Shown here: in pieces, positions 14,601-26,600 of the stretch
Numbering within the stretch: the first letter of the stretch is position 1
Layout: each line of letters starts with the position of its first letter
Notes under the pieces: generated by a model
Told to the model about the DNA's origin: nothing
The model's input: only the letters and a program-made list of their open reading frames with translations
Databases searched by the model: none
Position numbers and translations under genes: made by a program
Assembly (NCBI GenBank): GCA_012026655.1
Contig: JAAILG010000010.1
Coordinates: 62,001-126,000, forward strand
Length of the DNA: 64,000 nucleotides
Source: Hydrolagus affinis
Taxonomy: Eukaryota
Direction of reading: 5' to 3'

Positions 14601-17600
14601 TTCAACAACAATAGCAGGTGTAGATATCTATTATTTAATAGAACAAGAAAAAAAAACTAATGTGAAACAAAGATAATTAACATGTGTTCAAGCACACTGA
14701 TTTGGTGCCAATGCTCATCTTCACTGCTGATACTGTGAACGAGGGCATACCTGGTTCACTTGTCCAGCTGTTACTGAAGCGTTTTCAGTAACATCTTGTT
14801 TTTTTTAAGCAACATCACTGGGAGTTTGTTTTACCTACAAATTATTTAATGGAAAATAATTAAGCAAAGATTGACTAATATAGTTTTGTAGCATCCTTGA
14901 GAATTAAACTGAAAAGGGAAGAAATGGCTGGAAATATATTATAGAAAATTACTTGTATAGCGCCTTTCGTGTCGGGAGGATGTCCCAAGGTGGTGGACAA
15001 TCAGTGATTTGGACAGAAACTGAAGGTTTCACTAACTGAAGGTATCCCAGTTAAGAATGGTTGTTCAACCATATTAAAGATCAAACCTAGCACCATTTTG
15101 ATGTGTGTAGATCAATATCGTACAACAATCTCTACATCCATAACCCATCAGCACAGCATTAGAGACAGAGAGACAAAAGTCTCATTTTTGGCAACAACAC
15201 TGGGAGATGGCTTTACCTAAACATTTATCATGCTGCTATGATTGAATATTATAACTATATGTGCAACTGTTTTCTTTTGTATTCACTTTAAAAGGGAAGG
15301 AAAAACTAAAGGATATCAGGCCACAAAATCAGAAATAGGGCCTTGAAACAATGATTCTTCCTCGAGAACAGTTAATTAAACACATACCAAAGATCAAATC
15401 TGAAATCTTCCTGATCTTTGTGTCTCTGTATCACACCACTGAACTCCAAGCCCTAACCCTTCATTGTAGCACTAGACACCAATCAATTTCATGCAGTGGA
15501 CGACATGCAACATTCTATCTGTATGTGGAGGAGGAAGAATCTAGACAAATGCATGCATTCAACTCAATTAAACTTATGTTTCTTGCGAAATACCCGACTA
15601 CTTTCTTCAGGTTTTGATGAAATATTTTCTACCTCTTCCAATTTCTTTTCAACCACAGTAGCATCGGTTCCTGGTTCAATTTGAGCTTCTTCTCACTTCT
15701 TCCTAACTGAACTGCAACCTTATTTTACCTATAAATTATTTAACCAAACAAAACACAAAAAAGGCACCAAACCAATATTGAATAATAACATGCGACTGTT
15801 TTCTTGACTATTCATCTCAAAATAGGGGGAAAGGTTAAAGAAAGCAGGCTTCTAATTCCTGGTGCCCCATCTGAAAACAATTATTGTAGTCTCACACATA
15901 CCAAATATCGGGATCTTCCTGATCTGTGTGGCTCAATATTCAACCACAAAGTCCATTCCTATTCTAACCCATCATTGCAGCATTAGAGATTTGAGTCCCA
16001 AGCCAATTTTATCTTCTGGATTATATCCCCAGCGCCTTGGGACATCCCCCCCGAAGTGAAAGGCGCGCTATAAATATAATTTTGTTGTTCTATATGTAAC
16101 ACCCTTTTTGTATAGGTGTTACATATAACAACACCTCTGCAATATTGCCAGACTCCGCCACTACCTCAACCCCCACGCTGCCAAAACTCTTGTCCAAGCC
16201 TTTATCACTTCCAGGCTCAACTATGGGAACTCTCTCCTCGTTGGCCTCCCTAGCTCCTCCCTTTACAGGCTACAGATCATTCAGAATTCTGCAGCTTGTG
16301 TACTCTCCCACACCAGGCTCCACGACCACATCACTCCCACCCTCACCCGTCTCCACTGGCTCCCCATCCCCCAGAGGATCGAATTCAAGATCCTCGTCCT
16401 CACTTTCAAGGCCATTCACGGTCTATCTCTCCGACCTGCTGTCTCCCTATCAGCCCGCCCATCCCCTCCGTTCAGCAGGCTCTGGCCTGCTCTGCATCCC
16501 CCGCATTAACCGCCCCACCATTGGTGGCCGGGCTTTCAGCCTCTCTGCTCCCACACTGTGGAACTCCATCCCACAATCCCTTCGCCTCACATCCTCTCTT
16601 TCCTACTTCAAAGCCAGTCTCAAGACCTTCCTCTTCGACCGTGCCTTCTGCTCCCCTCCTAACTCCTTCACCTCTCCTGCACCTTCCCCCTACCCCAACC
16701 CTTCCCCCCATGTTTGGGTCTCGACCTGACTGTTCAGCGCTTTGGGACGTCCTCCTGACATGAAAGGCGCTCTATAATTGTAATTTTGTTGTTGTTGTAT
16801 GTGAAGTTTGATGGATCTAGCAAAAGCCTAGGTTTGACAGCTGAGAATGGTTAGTTTAACACTTACTAAAGATCAATCCTGGGAACATCTTAATATACAT
16901 GACTCAACATCACACCACAAAGTCACTATCTATGCTTGGAGGTTGAGGTTAAATTATACTAATATTTCTTGCTATGTGCCTCGCTAGTTTGTTCAGATTT
17001 TGCTGGAATATTTTCAACCTCTTCTAACTTTTCAACAACAGTAGAAAATGCGGATATCTGCACATTGTTTAACAGAACAAAAAAAAACTAGATATGAAAC
17101 CAGGATGATTAACATATTGTCAAGCATGTATGGACTTCGGCCAGTACTTGGTGGATTTGAGTATCAATGTAAGGTAATAACTGAGGTGTTTTTGTGCTGA
17201 TTGTTCTTTTAATTATAGCAATGGACACAATTTGAGATCATCACATTGTGGTTCTTGAGAAATTACCACATTTGTTATATTCTTAATTATCAACAGCAGA
17301 TTACAGAGCAGCTGCACTGGGAAAATGCCAAGATAGGCCTGGTATAATAATCCCTTAAAAATAATAATGATAATTTAGTCACTTAAACCAGAACTTTTTG
17401 TGGGACACTGCTATATTCCAAGTTTCGCCCACAAAATGTAGTCAATTCAATACAGTACATTCTGAAGCGCATTGAGATGTCTCGAAGACGTGATAAGACA
17501 CTATATCAAATGCAAGGATTATAACTAAACACTCCAGGACACTACCCTGATTGACAGGTGAGTTTATTTGATCAGTGGTAGACATTTTTGCTGTTTAATA

Positions 17601-20600
17601 ATGTGTTCCTCATGATAGTTATAGTTTCCCAAGGACCATGTTAGGAAACATCACAAATTTCACACCAATATCTCTTCCCGTTCTGTCCGTGTCATTTAAT
17701 TTGTGTTCTGAATGATTGCATAGAATTTGTAAGTTATACGGTTTGATACAAATAAGGTGCATACATTTATCATGGTTACTAAACCACAGAAGATATATTG
17801 TCAGTGATAGACTTACTGTCGCAAATGTATCTGAAAAAGACACTCTTCTTTCTCGTTTTTCAGAATCCGTGCGTAGTTTTCTGGGTTTGGGAATTGGTGG
17901 TGTCTAAAGTAACAGATTTCAAAGGACACAAATTGAAGAATATTAATAAATTTTATTGTACAATTATCTCTTTCCCAAACTGCTTTCTCTGCTACACCTT
18001 TTGGGTTATGCACCTCTGAACTTCAAGACAGAATGGGCAACTTGCTATCACATGGTTGCTAAGGACTGACTGCCAAAGAGGAAAATCAGGGCACTTGAAC
18101 GGATCATGTTTTGACCGTTTTAATTGTGACGTTGATAAAGGTTTGCGTGATTTGAAATAAAGCCATACCTTACATTAAGCATAGCCAACTTATGGCATTT
18201 TCTACAATATGGGGCACGCTGTATGGAGACAAAGTAGAAATTATGCCAGATTTTAGTTCTTGTGCCCCTATATTTGCAAAAAAAAATTATCTTCTAACTA
18301 TGTCAAACATACTCGTTCAGTTGAGAAACTAATTAAATGAAATAACTGATATTGTATGGCTATCCTCACAGGTTTGTTCATTCTGAGTGTGCAAATAGAA
18401 TAATTTGTTCCAATGAAATTGAAGAAAGTTAATTGCCTTGCCTTTGTTACGGTCTCTGACACAGGTAATGATGGAGCCTTCAGTTCTTCTTCTATTGGCA
18501 ACTTTTCTGGTTCTTGCTTTGGAACCACTTTAGCTTGTTCCACTGTCATCGTGGATCCACTTGGTGGAAAGTATGAATTCTGCCATTTAAGCTCAACATT
18601 GACAGTGCCATTGGCCTGCCCTTCAGAATTTCTAAGTCCAAATGTACCTGCAAATAATGAATGAAACTACTTCATCAGTATTAAATGACTGGAAAGAACA
18701 AGAAAGCTGGACTTTCTTTTTACATCAAATTCAACAATACTGCATCTTCTGCTGTTATTACTTTTGGATATTTTGGAGGTTAGCGGCAGTAATAAATTAC
18801 AGACAGACACAGTGTTCCAACATTGACTGAAAGACAGAATACAGATTCCATCCAAGATCAACTGTACAATCAGCTACTGATATCAACCAACCCAGCATCC
18901 TCAAAAAAAGGTCGAAGAATTATTACCTGAAATGTACTTGTCATGAGCAAGTGAAATGAGGGGAACACTGGCTTTGCCCAAGTAAAAGGTGTTATCAGGC
19001 TCTTCATCATCAAACACATAAATGTGCAATGATTCTGACTTAAGATATTTGTCAAGATCTGCATTCATTGGAACAGGAAACCTGAAGTGATCATCAAATT
19101 GTGGCTCGTTGGTGTTCGGGATTATCGGTGTATCATGATCCGCAAAATCAAAAAACTTGTAGACAATGTAAGGGCTTGGCTGGTCATTCCTCCTTTCAGT
19201 TAGTAGGTTGGAGCAGGATTTTACGGTGATGTAAAGTTCATTCATATTACCATCTGCTAGTGGTGAAGTGTGTATCTGAGACGTTGTGGCCACCTATAGA
19301 TTAATTGAGAAAACATTGTAATTAAAGGCAATTATTGATTAGCTCGGGAGGGGAAATACTTGCTAAGTTTTACAGAAATAATTTTCTTCAGCCTCTATCA
19401 TTCTTTACATTCATCTAATACGGAAAGTGCAGGCATGAAAAACAGGATTTAAAATGATTAAGGCAATGCATTTGCAACAATAAATTACTTCTAAATTACT
19501 TTACTTTTGTAGACAGAGACCAATGGGATCAAGGATTGGAAAATTTCTTGCATACAAATACTCAAGAAAGATTAAATGATCTATCTTAAGTATAGACCTT
19601 GGTATTGCTCAATCTCTGTGTAGATATAGGAACTTTGTTGTACATTACTATGGGGAAAATTAGCAGAACACGACTATGCTCTGAACTTCAGGACAGAATG
19701 GACAAGAAAGCTGGATAATTTTGACGTCATCTTAATCGGAAAGTATGTTTCATAAAGAAAGCTCAAAGACAATAAACACAACTAAAAACTAAACTAAAAC
19801 ACTTCATTTCAAGGAATTTACCTCTTGTGTTTTATCATCTCCTTTCAGATTAGAAACAATATACCCAAGGGCCTTTGTCCGTTCTTTGTAAAGCCGAATG
19901 GCTTGATCCATTGGCACTCGTAGCCTAATCCAGTATTCCACTGTACCATAATCTTTAACATCTCCTCCGATACCTGCATTCAAAATCACATTTAAAGACA
20001 ATTTTTGATTCATATTGAGACAGCATTATTTCTACAATAATACTAATTGCTTTGGCTCCTGTGGGTATGTTTCTTTAAAAATCAATACAGTAAAAATCAC
20101 ATAAGTCCTATCAGTCAGGATTATAACATTTAATATGATTTACGTGAAGTCCAAGTTGCAGGCAAACTATAAGTCGTACAAAATCTGATATTATCAATAA
20201 TTTGCACTGCACATCCGTAATTCAATGGAGCCAATAAGTGTGCATGTGTTGACAGGTCAGAACTACATTTCCTGCAATCAATGCATCTTGACCTATCATC
20301 GCAAACGCATTTACCAATAAATATTGGAATCTCATTGAATTGCGGGAAATTAAGTTTTTCTGCTTATGGCATCAACGGATCAAGCCAATGTTTCCTGTGA
20401 TTCAGTGCAGCAGGCCAGAAGAGGTTGGTATCTTCAGTCCAAGTTGTCCCTTTACAATCATTAATCCAGTTGTAGGAGAACAGTCAAAATTTAGACCACT
20501 GTAATGCTATCCATCATAATATTTATGTTGGTAAGTAGACTTGTGTTTGAGAACTGTACACAAGAGTACCACAAGTGAAGAAAGATACTGGGTGTTGTTG

Positions 20601-23600
20601 CTGATTGGACTGTACCATTACATATCTTTCACATCTATTAAAACTATTATATTTCCGATAAAGCAGCTTAACCACAACACTGTCTAAAAACCTTTGTGTC
20701 TTTGGCACAATGATTTCAGATATTCAAGCCAGAGTGAGCAGGAAGCTTTTACACCTGGATTTTATTTTTGGCAGTTGTCATCTGATTTCAATTTGTGTCA
20801 AGGATACTTTTTCTATTATCAGAGTAAATTGTTTTGCAGTTCTATAAATCAGTGGCTTGAGGGGATTCTAATCGCATTTGATATCCTTGATAATGGAAAG
20901 ATTTGTTTGGAAATTAAACAGCCTAAACAAATGTCCTTCATAATCAATTAGTCAAAGGTTAGTTTTGACCACTCTGAAGCAAGAAAGGGTCAATCATCCA
21001 ACTACTAGACAACAGAAAGCCATGTAACGTTGTTGAGTGCTTCAAAAAATTCCTTCGTCGGCATTTGTATTCTACCTTCCCAACGCAGACTTGTATTTCA
21101 GGCTGGGGATCTGTAAAGTACCGTAAATACCCGCGTATAAGGCGCACTCGCGTATAAGGCGCACACCCCACTTTTGACCTTGTCTTGGTGAAAAAAAACG
21201 GAAGCATTTTCAATGAAAATGCCGGCCGGCAGAAGGGAGGGAGGCAGNNNNNNNNNNNNNNNNNNNNNNNNNNNNNNNNNNNNNNNNNNNNNNNNNNNNN
21301 NNNNNNNNNNNNNNNNNNNNNNNNNNNNNNNNNNNNNNNNNNNNNNNAGAGGGAGAGAGGCAGGCAGGCAGGGAGGGAGGGAAGCAGGCAGGGAGGGNNN
21401 NNNNNNNNNNNNNNNNNNNNNNNNNNNNNNNNNNNNNNNNNNNNNNNNNNNNNNNNNNNNNNNNNNNNNNNNNNNNNNNNNNNNNNNNNNNNNNNNNNNN
21501 NNNNNNNNNNNNNNNNNNNNNNNNNNNNNNNNNNNNNNNNGAAGGCAGGCAGCAGGCTCAGCACTGAAGTCCGCCGCTGCTGCCGCTGCCTGGGCGGCCG
21601 AGGCCGAAGCCCCGTCACCCGCTCCCCCCAACCCCCGCCGGACACTGACCAAACCCCGGCCGCGCGCCGGCCGCCCCTCCTGTTTATTGTATTTCCGAGG
21701 CTCAAAATTTCTTGTACCTGCGTATAGGGCGCACCCCCAACTTTCGAGATCTTCCGACGTGCAAAAAAGTGTGCCTTATACGCGGAGATTTACGGTAACT
21801 GAAAAGCAATTAAGTAACTAAGCGTTTCACAGAATATACTGTAAAGTGAAATGATTTGTGGGTGAAACGCAGCAGCCAATTGCGCACAGCAGTGTCCTAC
21901 AAACAGATGTAGATTGAAGTGATCAATTTATTATTTTTTTCCTTGAGAGATTATGATGAGGTAAAGTAACTGAGCTGCAGAACTCAATATATTTATAATA
22001 AAGTAAGCTTTACGTATATTATGCAAAAGAACACCAACCCCTCCAAAAAGCACAAAATACATTCAAAGCAATTTTTGCTTTATGATAAGGCATTGCAATA
22101 AAGAGTATTTTGGGGAAATTTACACCAGGTTAGATACTATAAATATAGAAATAGCTGACGTCACACACTTCAGCAATTGGTTATCAAATTTAGGAGCTGA
22201 ATTTACAAGTAGCACAAAACAATAAAGGGGAAAAAAAACACTTGCCAAAAATGATCCAGTCTTTCCACTGTGATTTGCAACTGGACAATCCTAAATTTCC
22301 GGTCTTACTATATCTATGCCTAGTTGTGAGCAGATCAGAAACACAATTTGACCTTCATTTTAATATGGAATAAGATACTGAACTTCTATTTGGGCAAGTA
22401 GGCAAGAACAGAACTCTTAATGTTATATACAGACAAAGTCAGAGTGAGGTAAAGAAACTTAATTTTAAAAAGGATGTAATTTCATCCGTAGATGGAGACA
22501 TTTAAAAAAGTTACTGTAAAGTCAGAGTTAATCTTTGAGATTTTTTTCATAAAATGTTTCCACTGCATTACTGTCACTGAGATTGCTTCCATCTGCTGTG
22601 TCAGAATGCTAATCATGTCTTTCTGTATACCATTTATATTAAATCCATAATGCTCATTAGGTTTATTCAGAAAGCAAACATCTACTAATAAACAAGCTCA
22701 TTTGTGGAACTTGGAACAACCATACAGAATCTAGATCCACAAGCGCCAAAACTATAAAATAATTAAAAAAAACCTACAACTGTTTATTATTTCCCAGTGG
22801 TTTAAATAACGGCGCAGAGACAGAAAGAAAGAACAAAAAACCACATGGTCTATCTCTGTTTCTCTTTGGCAGTGCATTAACTTTCCTTTTACAATCTGAG
22901 CTCCATTTCGCTGATTTGAAACATACTAATCTCCTCCTGTAATATATTCTGGCATTTCACACAAATGAAAAAAAAATTATTCAGACTTTACAATGGTTGT
23001 GTTTTTATTAAGAAAAATGAGTCACTCTATTGTACATGAAACAAGCGTCTACTACACCAACTGTGGATTATTAGCCAAAAGAATCACATTTTATTAAAAT
23101 AATAATAATCCTTCCATTTGACATAGTGCTTTTCACGTCTTCTAGACGTCTCAATGCGCTTCACAGAATACACTGTAAAATGAATTGACTGTAGATATGT
23201 GGGCTAAATGCGGCAGCCAATTGCGCACAGCAGCGTCCCACAAACAGTCGTGGATTGAAATGACCATTATTATTATTGTTTCTTTGAGGGATTATTATCA
23301 GGCGTGTGGAGTAAGGAAACTTGCCCAAGGTTTTGCCCTGTTTGGATTTGAACACAGGTCTCAGGATTGTGAACTAACTGAGGTTCACAATCTTCCACCG
23401 AATCAAGTTTACGAGATGATGATAATGATAATAATAATCAATGTGTTTGATGTAGCGCCTTATCCTATAATTGCGATGTTCTTCCTGTATCTTTCAGACA
23501 CACAGTGGGTCAGTGTGGAGAGGGATATGGGCTCTAAATAAAAATTAAATAAATAAAGCAAATATTTATTTCCAACTGAATACTAAAGCTAAGGTTATAC

Positions 23601-26600
23601 GCATTGATAAACTACAAACAAGTACTCCATTTTGTAACAGACCTTTTGTATGCCAAAACACATCTAATAGAACCTATCTACTACGTATGGTTCCCATTTA
23701 AATAAAAAACAGTATAATGCTGTCATATTCCCATGATATTATAGGATTACAGTTGTATAAACTGAACACTTGGAAGAATTGGTTTTTTTTTAAACAAAAA
23801 GCCTAGTATTTTAATCAAAGCATATTTTTGACATTTGGTTAAAATAATTCTTCTAGGTTACTGCCATTTTGCCGACCTTCCCAACTCCTCCCTCCATAGC
23901 CTACAAATCATCCAGAACTCTGCAGCCCGTGTCCTTTACCACAGCAAGCTCCGCAACCCCATCTTCCCCATTCTCGCGCATTACAATTATCGACCAGAAT
24001 GGATAGAGGATTGTCAGCATAACCAAAATTCTCCACTATTACAACTGAGAGACTTTTGAAAAAAGCATTTCCTATTGAATTAGCTGCTAATAACACACAA
24101 TTATATCTGCCTTCAGAAATAGCGTGCACTTTTTTTTAACAAAATTCTGAATATGCGGCACAAATATAAGTGGGAACTAATATTCACCCGAGCATTTTAT
24201 TCTGGCTCCATTAAAATTGATCGAATTAAGCAAAAATATGCAATTATTGAGAATTACGAATGCCACATGAAATTAATATTCACATTTTTAATAATAATCT
24301 TTGCATTTGATAAAGTACCTTATCAAGTCTTCAATACCACAACAACAAAATTACAGTTATAGAGCACCTTTCACGTCGGGAGGATGTCCCAATACATTTC
24401 AAAGAGCTTCATTGAATATACTGTAAAAGCCCGTTTTTCCGGCACCCTCAGGAGCTGGCCAATGCCAGTTAAAGCGTGTGCTGGATATTCGGCCGAAAAC
24501 ACACAAAAAAATTAACATAAATCGGGTCACAGATAAACAGGCTTTTACTGTATTTTGTGGACAAAATTTTGTTTGAATACCGTACCCTGATAATATACCC
24601 TAAAAATATGTAACCTAATATTAGAATGCAGTGCTCTCGACAATGCTGTAAATGTGATTGCATAGCTGAAAAGGAGACATTGCGTAAATTCATACCTCCA
24701 CTCCTCTCTGTAGTGACCTACAAACAAAAACCTGAGATTTATGCAAACATTAAGAGTGAAACTGAAATGATTGTTGCAAGAGGGTGAATTACTGAATTTA
24801 AGAAATCATTTCCTTTCCAATTACTGGAAGGATACAGATGGTGATCAGAATGGAATGCATCTTGAAAACATTCATATGAACATACCTCTCACAAAAGAAA
24901 TACTTAAGAGAATTGGAACTTTTTCAATTACATGCTGAAGGATTATAATGAACAAATAAGTTAATATATGCTATTTGAGATGTTAAGTGTAGCCCTTTAC
25001 TCACCAACCAAATTTGTTGTGCCAAATAATCTGCCATTCTTTTCAAGGATCTCATGCATTCGTAACTGGCATGCAGCAATGGTTTCATAGTCTGTGCCGA
25101 ATGTGAGTTGCAACTCTAGCTTTACTGTGTTTTTCTGTAAATACTGTAGAAAGAAGTCATCTACTCGGACAATGTACTGTGATGTGAAGTCATACACTGG
25201 CTGCAGCCCACGCACGACAGGGGTTGACTGTAATTCATAGTCATAAAATGCAAAGGTGCAAAAGGTGGCAGGTTCCTGTTCACTGAAGGCCTGACGAGCT
25301 TCGGGGGAGAAGATCAATGTGCTGATATGGATCTCAAATAAGTTTTCTCCACGCTCTAAGTGGATAGTCTCATCAAATTCATCAACCTTATCGTCAGCTG
25401 TGATTTCTGGTTTGAATTTGAACTGTTTGGTCCCGTAGGCTATGTCTTTGAGTTGGGCTGAAATAGATGAAAACAGATGCAATTTTTCCATATTTTTCAT
25501 TAAAGCAAAGGAGGATAAGATTTTCTCTATGTGGCAAACAGATGGTCTAGGTCTAGGATATAAACATCATTGTTATCAATATTTTTTTACCCAAGTTTTT
25601 TTTTCAGCACAGGAGATTGAAACTAGCTCTATAAATTCTTAGAATATTGGTTTTATGAGCTGCTCAGCATGCAAGGATTACAACTTGACATTTATTCTGG
25701 GATAAATCAGATGAAACTCTGCAGAACATAGGCCTTTTTAACACACAATAGGGATAACTTAATTAAAACATTCAACAGGAAATGACTGAATGATGGTCCA
25801 CTAATGATATTGCTTTTATAGCACTTTGGGAGCATAGTTAACCCTATGTAAGCCTTTAGCGATGTAGCCCTCTAATATGAATCAATTCAAAACATGATTT
25901 CACGAACAAGAGTAGATCTAGCTTTGGATTTCTATGGGAGTGAACGACTGAAACCGTACAGTATGTGTCCATTTAATAACTTGCTATACATAAGCAAAAT
26001 CACTGTAGTCATTTATGTGATAACATTTTGTCCTTGTGATACCTTTTAACACTGACTACCTAAAGGCAGAAAATCAATCTTGGGGAAATCATGAATCAAA
26101 CCCGGGGCCCATTCTGGGTTTTACATTTTACAGAGAATTAATCTTAAATTTCATTTTTGGAGCCAACAATATTTCTACACTGAAAGTTAACTTTTTATAA
26201 AAAAAAGTTCACTCATACCTTCCAATTTTCTGATTCGATCAGCCCTAATGTCGAGCAGTTGTGCGTATTGATCCAGTTTCATCTCATATTCCCGTTTATT
26301 ATCTTCCATCTTTCGTGTCACAGTGTCAACCTCATTCTGAAGTTAAAAACCATATGCCAACAATTAAGATATAATATTGCAATATTGTGATAATGTATGT
26401 AGAGCTACACGTGTCAAGTTAATCTGTTTGTAAAAAAAACCTATATACCAACACAAACAAACAAGGTTACAAAATGTCACAATTGACATCTCTTCAAAAC
26501 AGTAACATTTCCTTTGTGAATATTCATTTCTCTATTAGGGCTTGTCACTTTCTGGCACGGAATTCTGCTCGCTGTTCTAAAAAAAAAGCATTTACAGGTT

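Larger units (their letters stand above)
6980..17057 (-). repeat. Tandem exon+intron duplication array (15 mini-exon copies plus 1 fragment) inside RPGRIP1L
   Basis: Recurring plus-strand unit ..tttggatattatcgctagtcttccctgca..gtatatac|CTG..~75 nt..tttgctttac|ctacaaatta.., with shared intron blocks, spaced ~0.2-1.4 kb. Confidence 0.93.

Noticed and set aside
16145-16763. ORFs of 194 and 155 aa as a nested gene
   Set aside because: Frameshifted L2 ORF2 3' remnant.
6980-17057. Regularly recurring repeats as a CRISPR-like array or satellite
   Set aside because: Units are diverged exon+intron duplications with splice sites and open frames, with 0.15-1.3 kb homologous spacers, in a vertebrate gene.
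17619-17816. ORF extension beyond exon 17817-17903
   Set aside because: There is a strong gtaagt donor at 17816; the downstream cattcag acceptor leads to an immediate in-frame TAA.
20959-21821. GC-rich ORFs and apparent CpG island
   Set aside because: Inside a TIR-bounded MITE; the ORFs read through N gaps.
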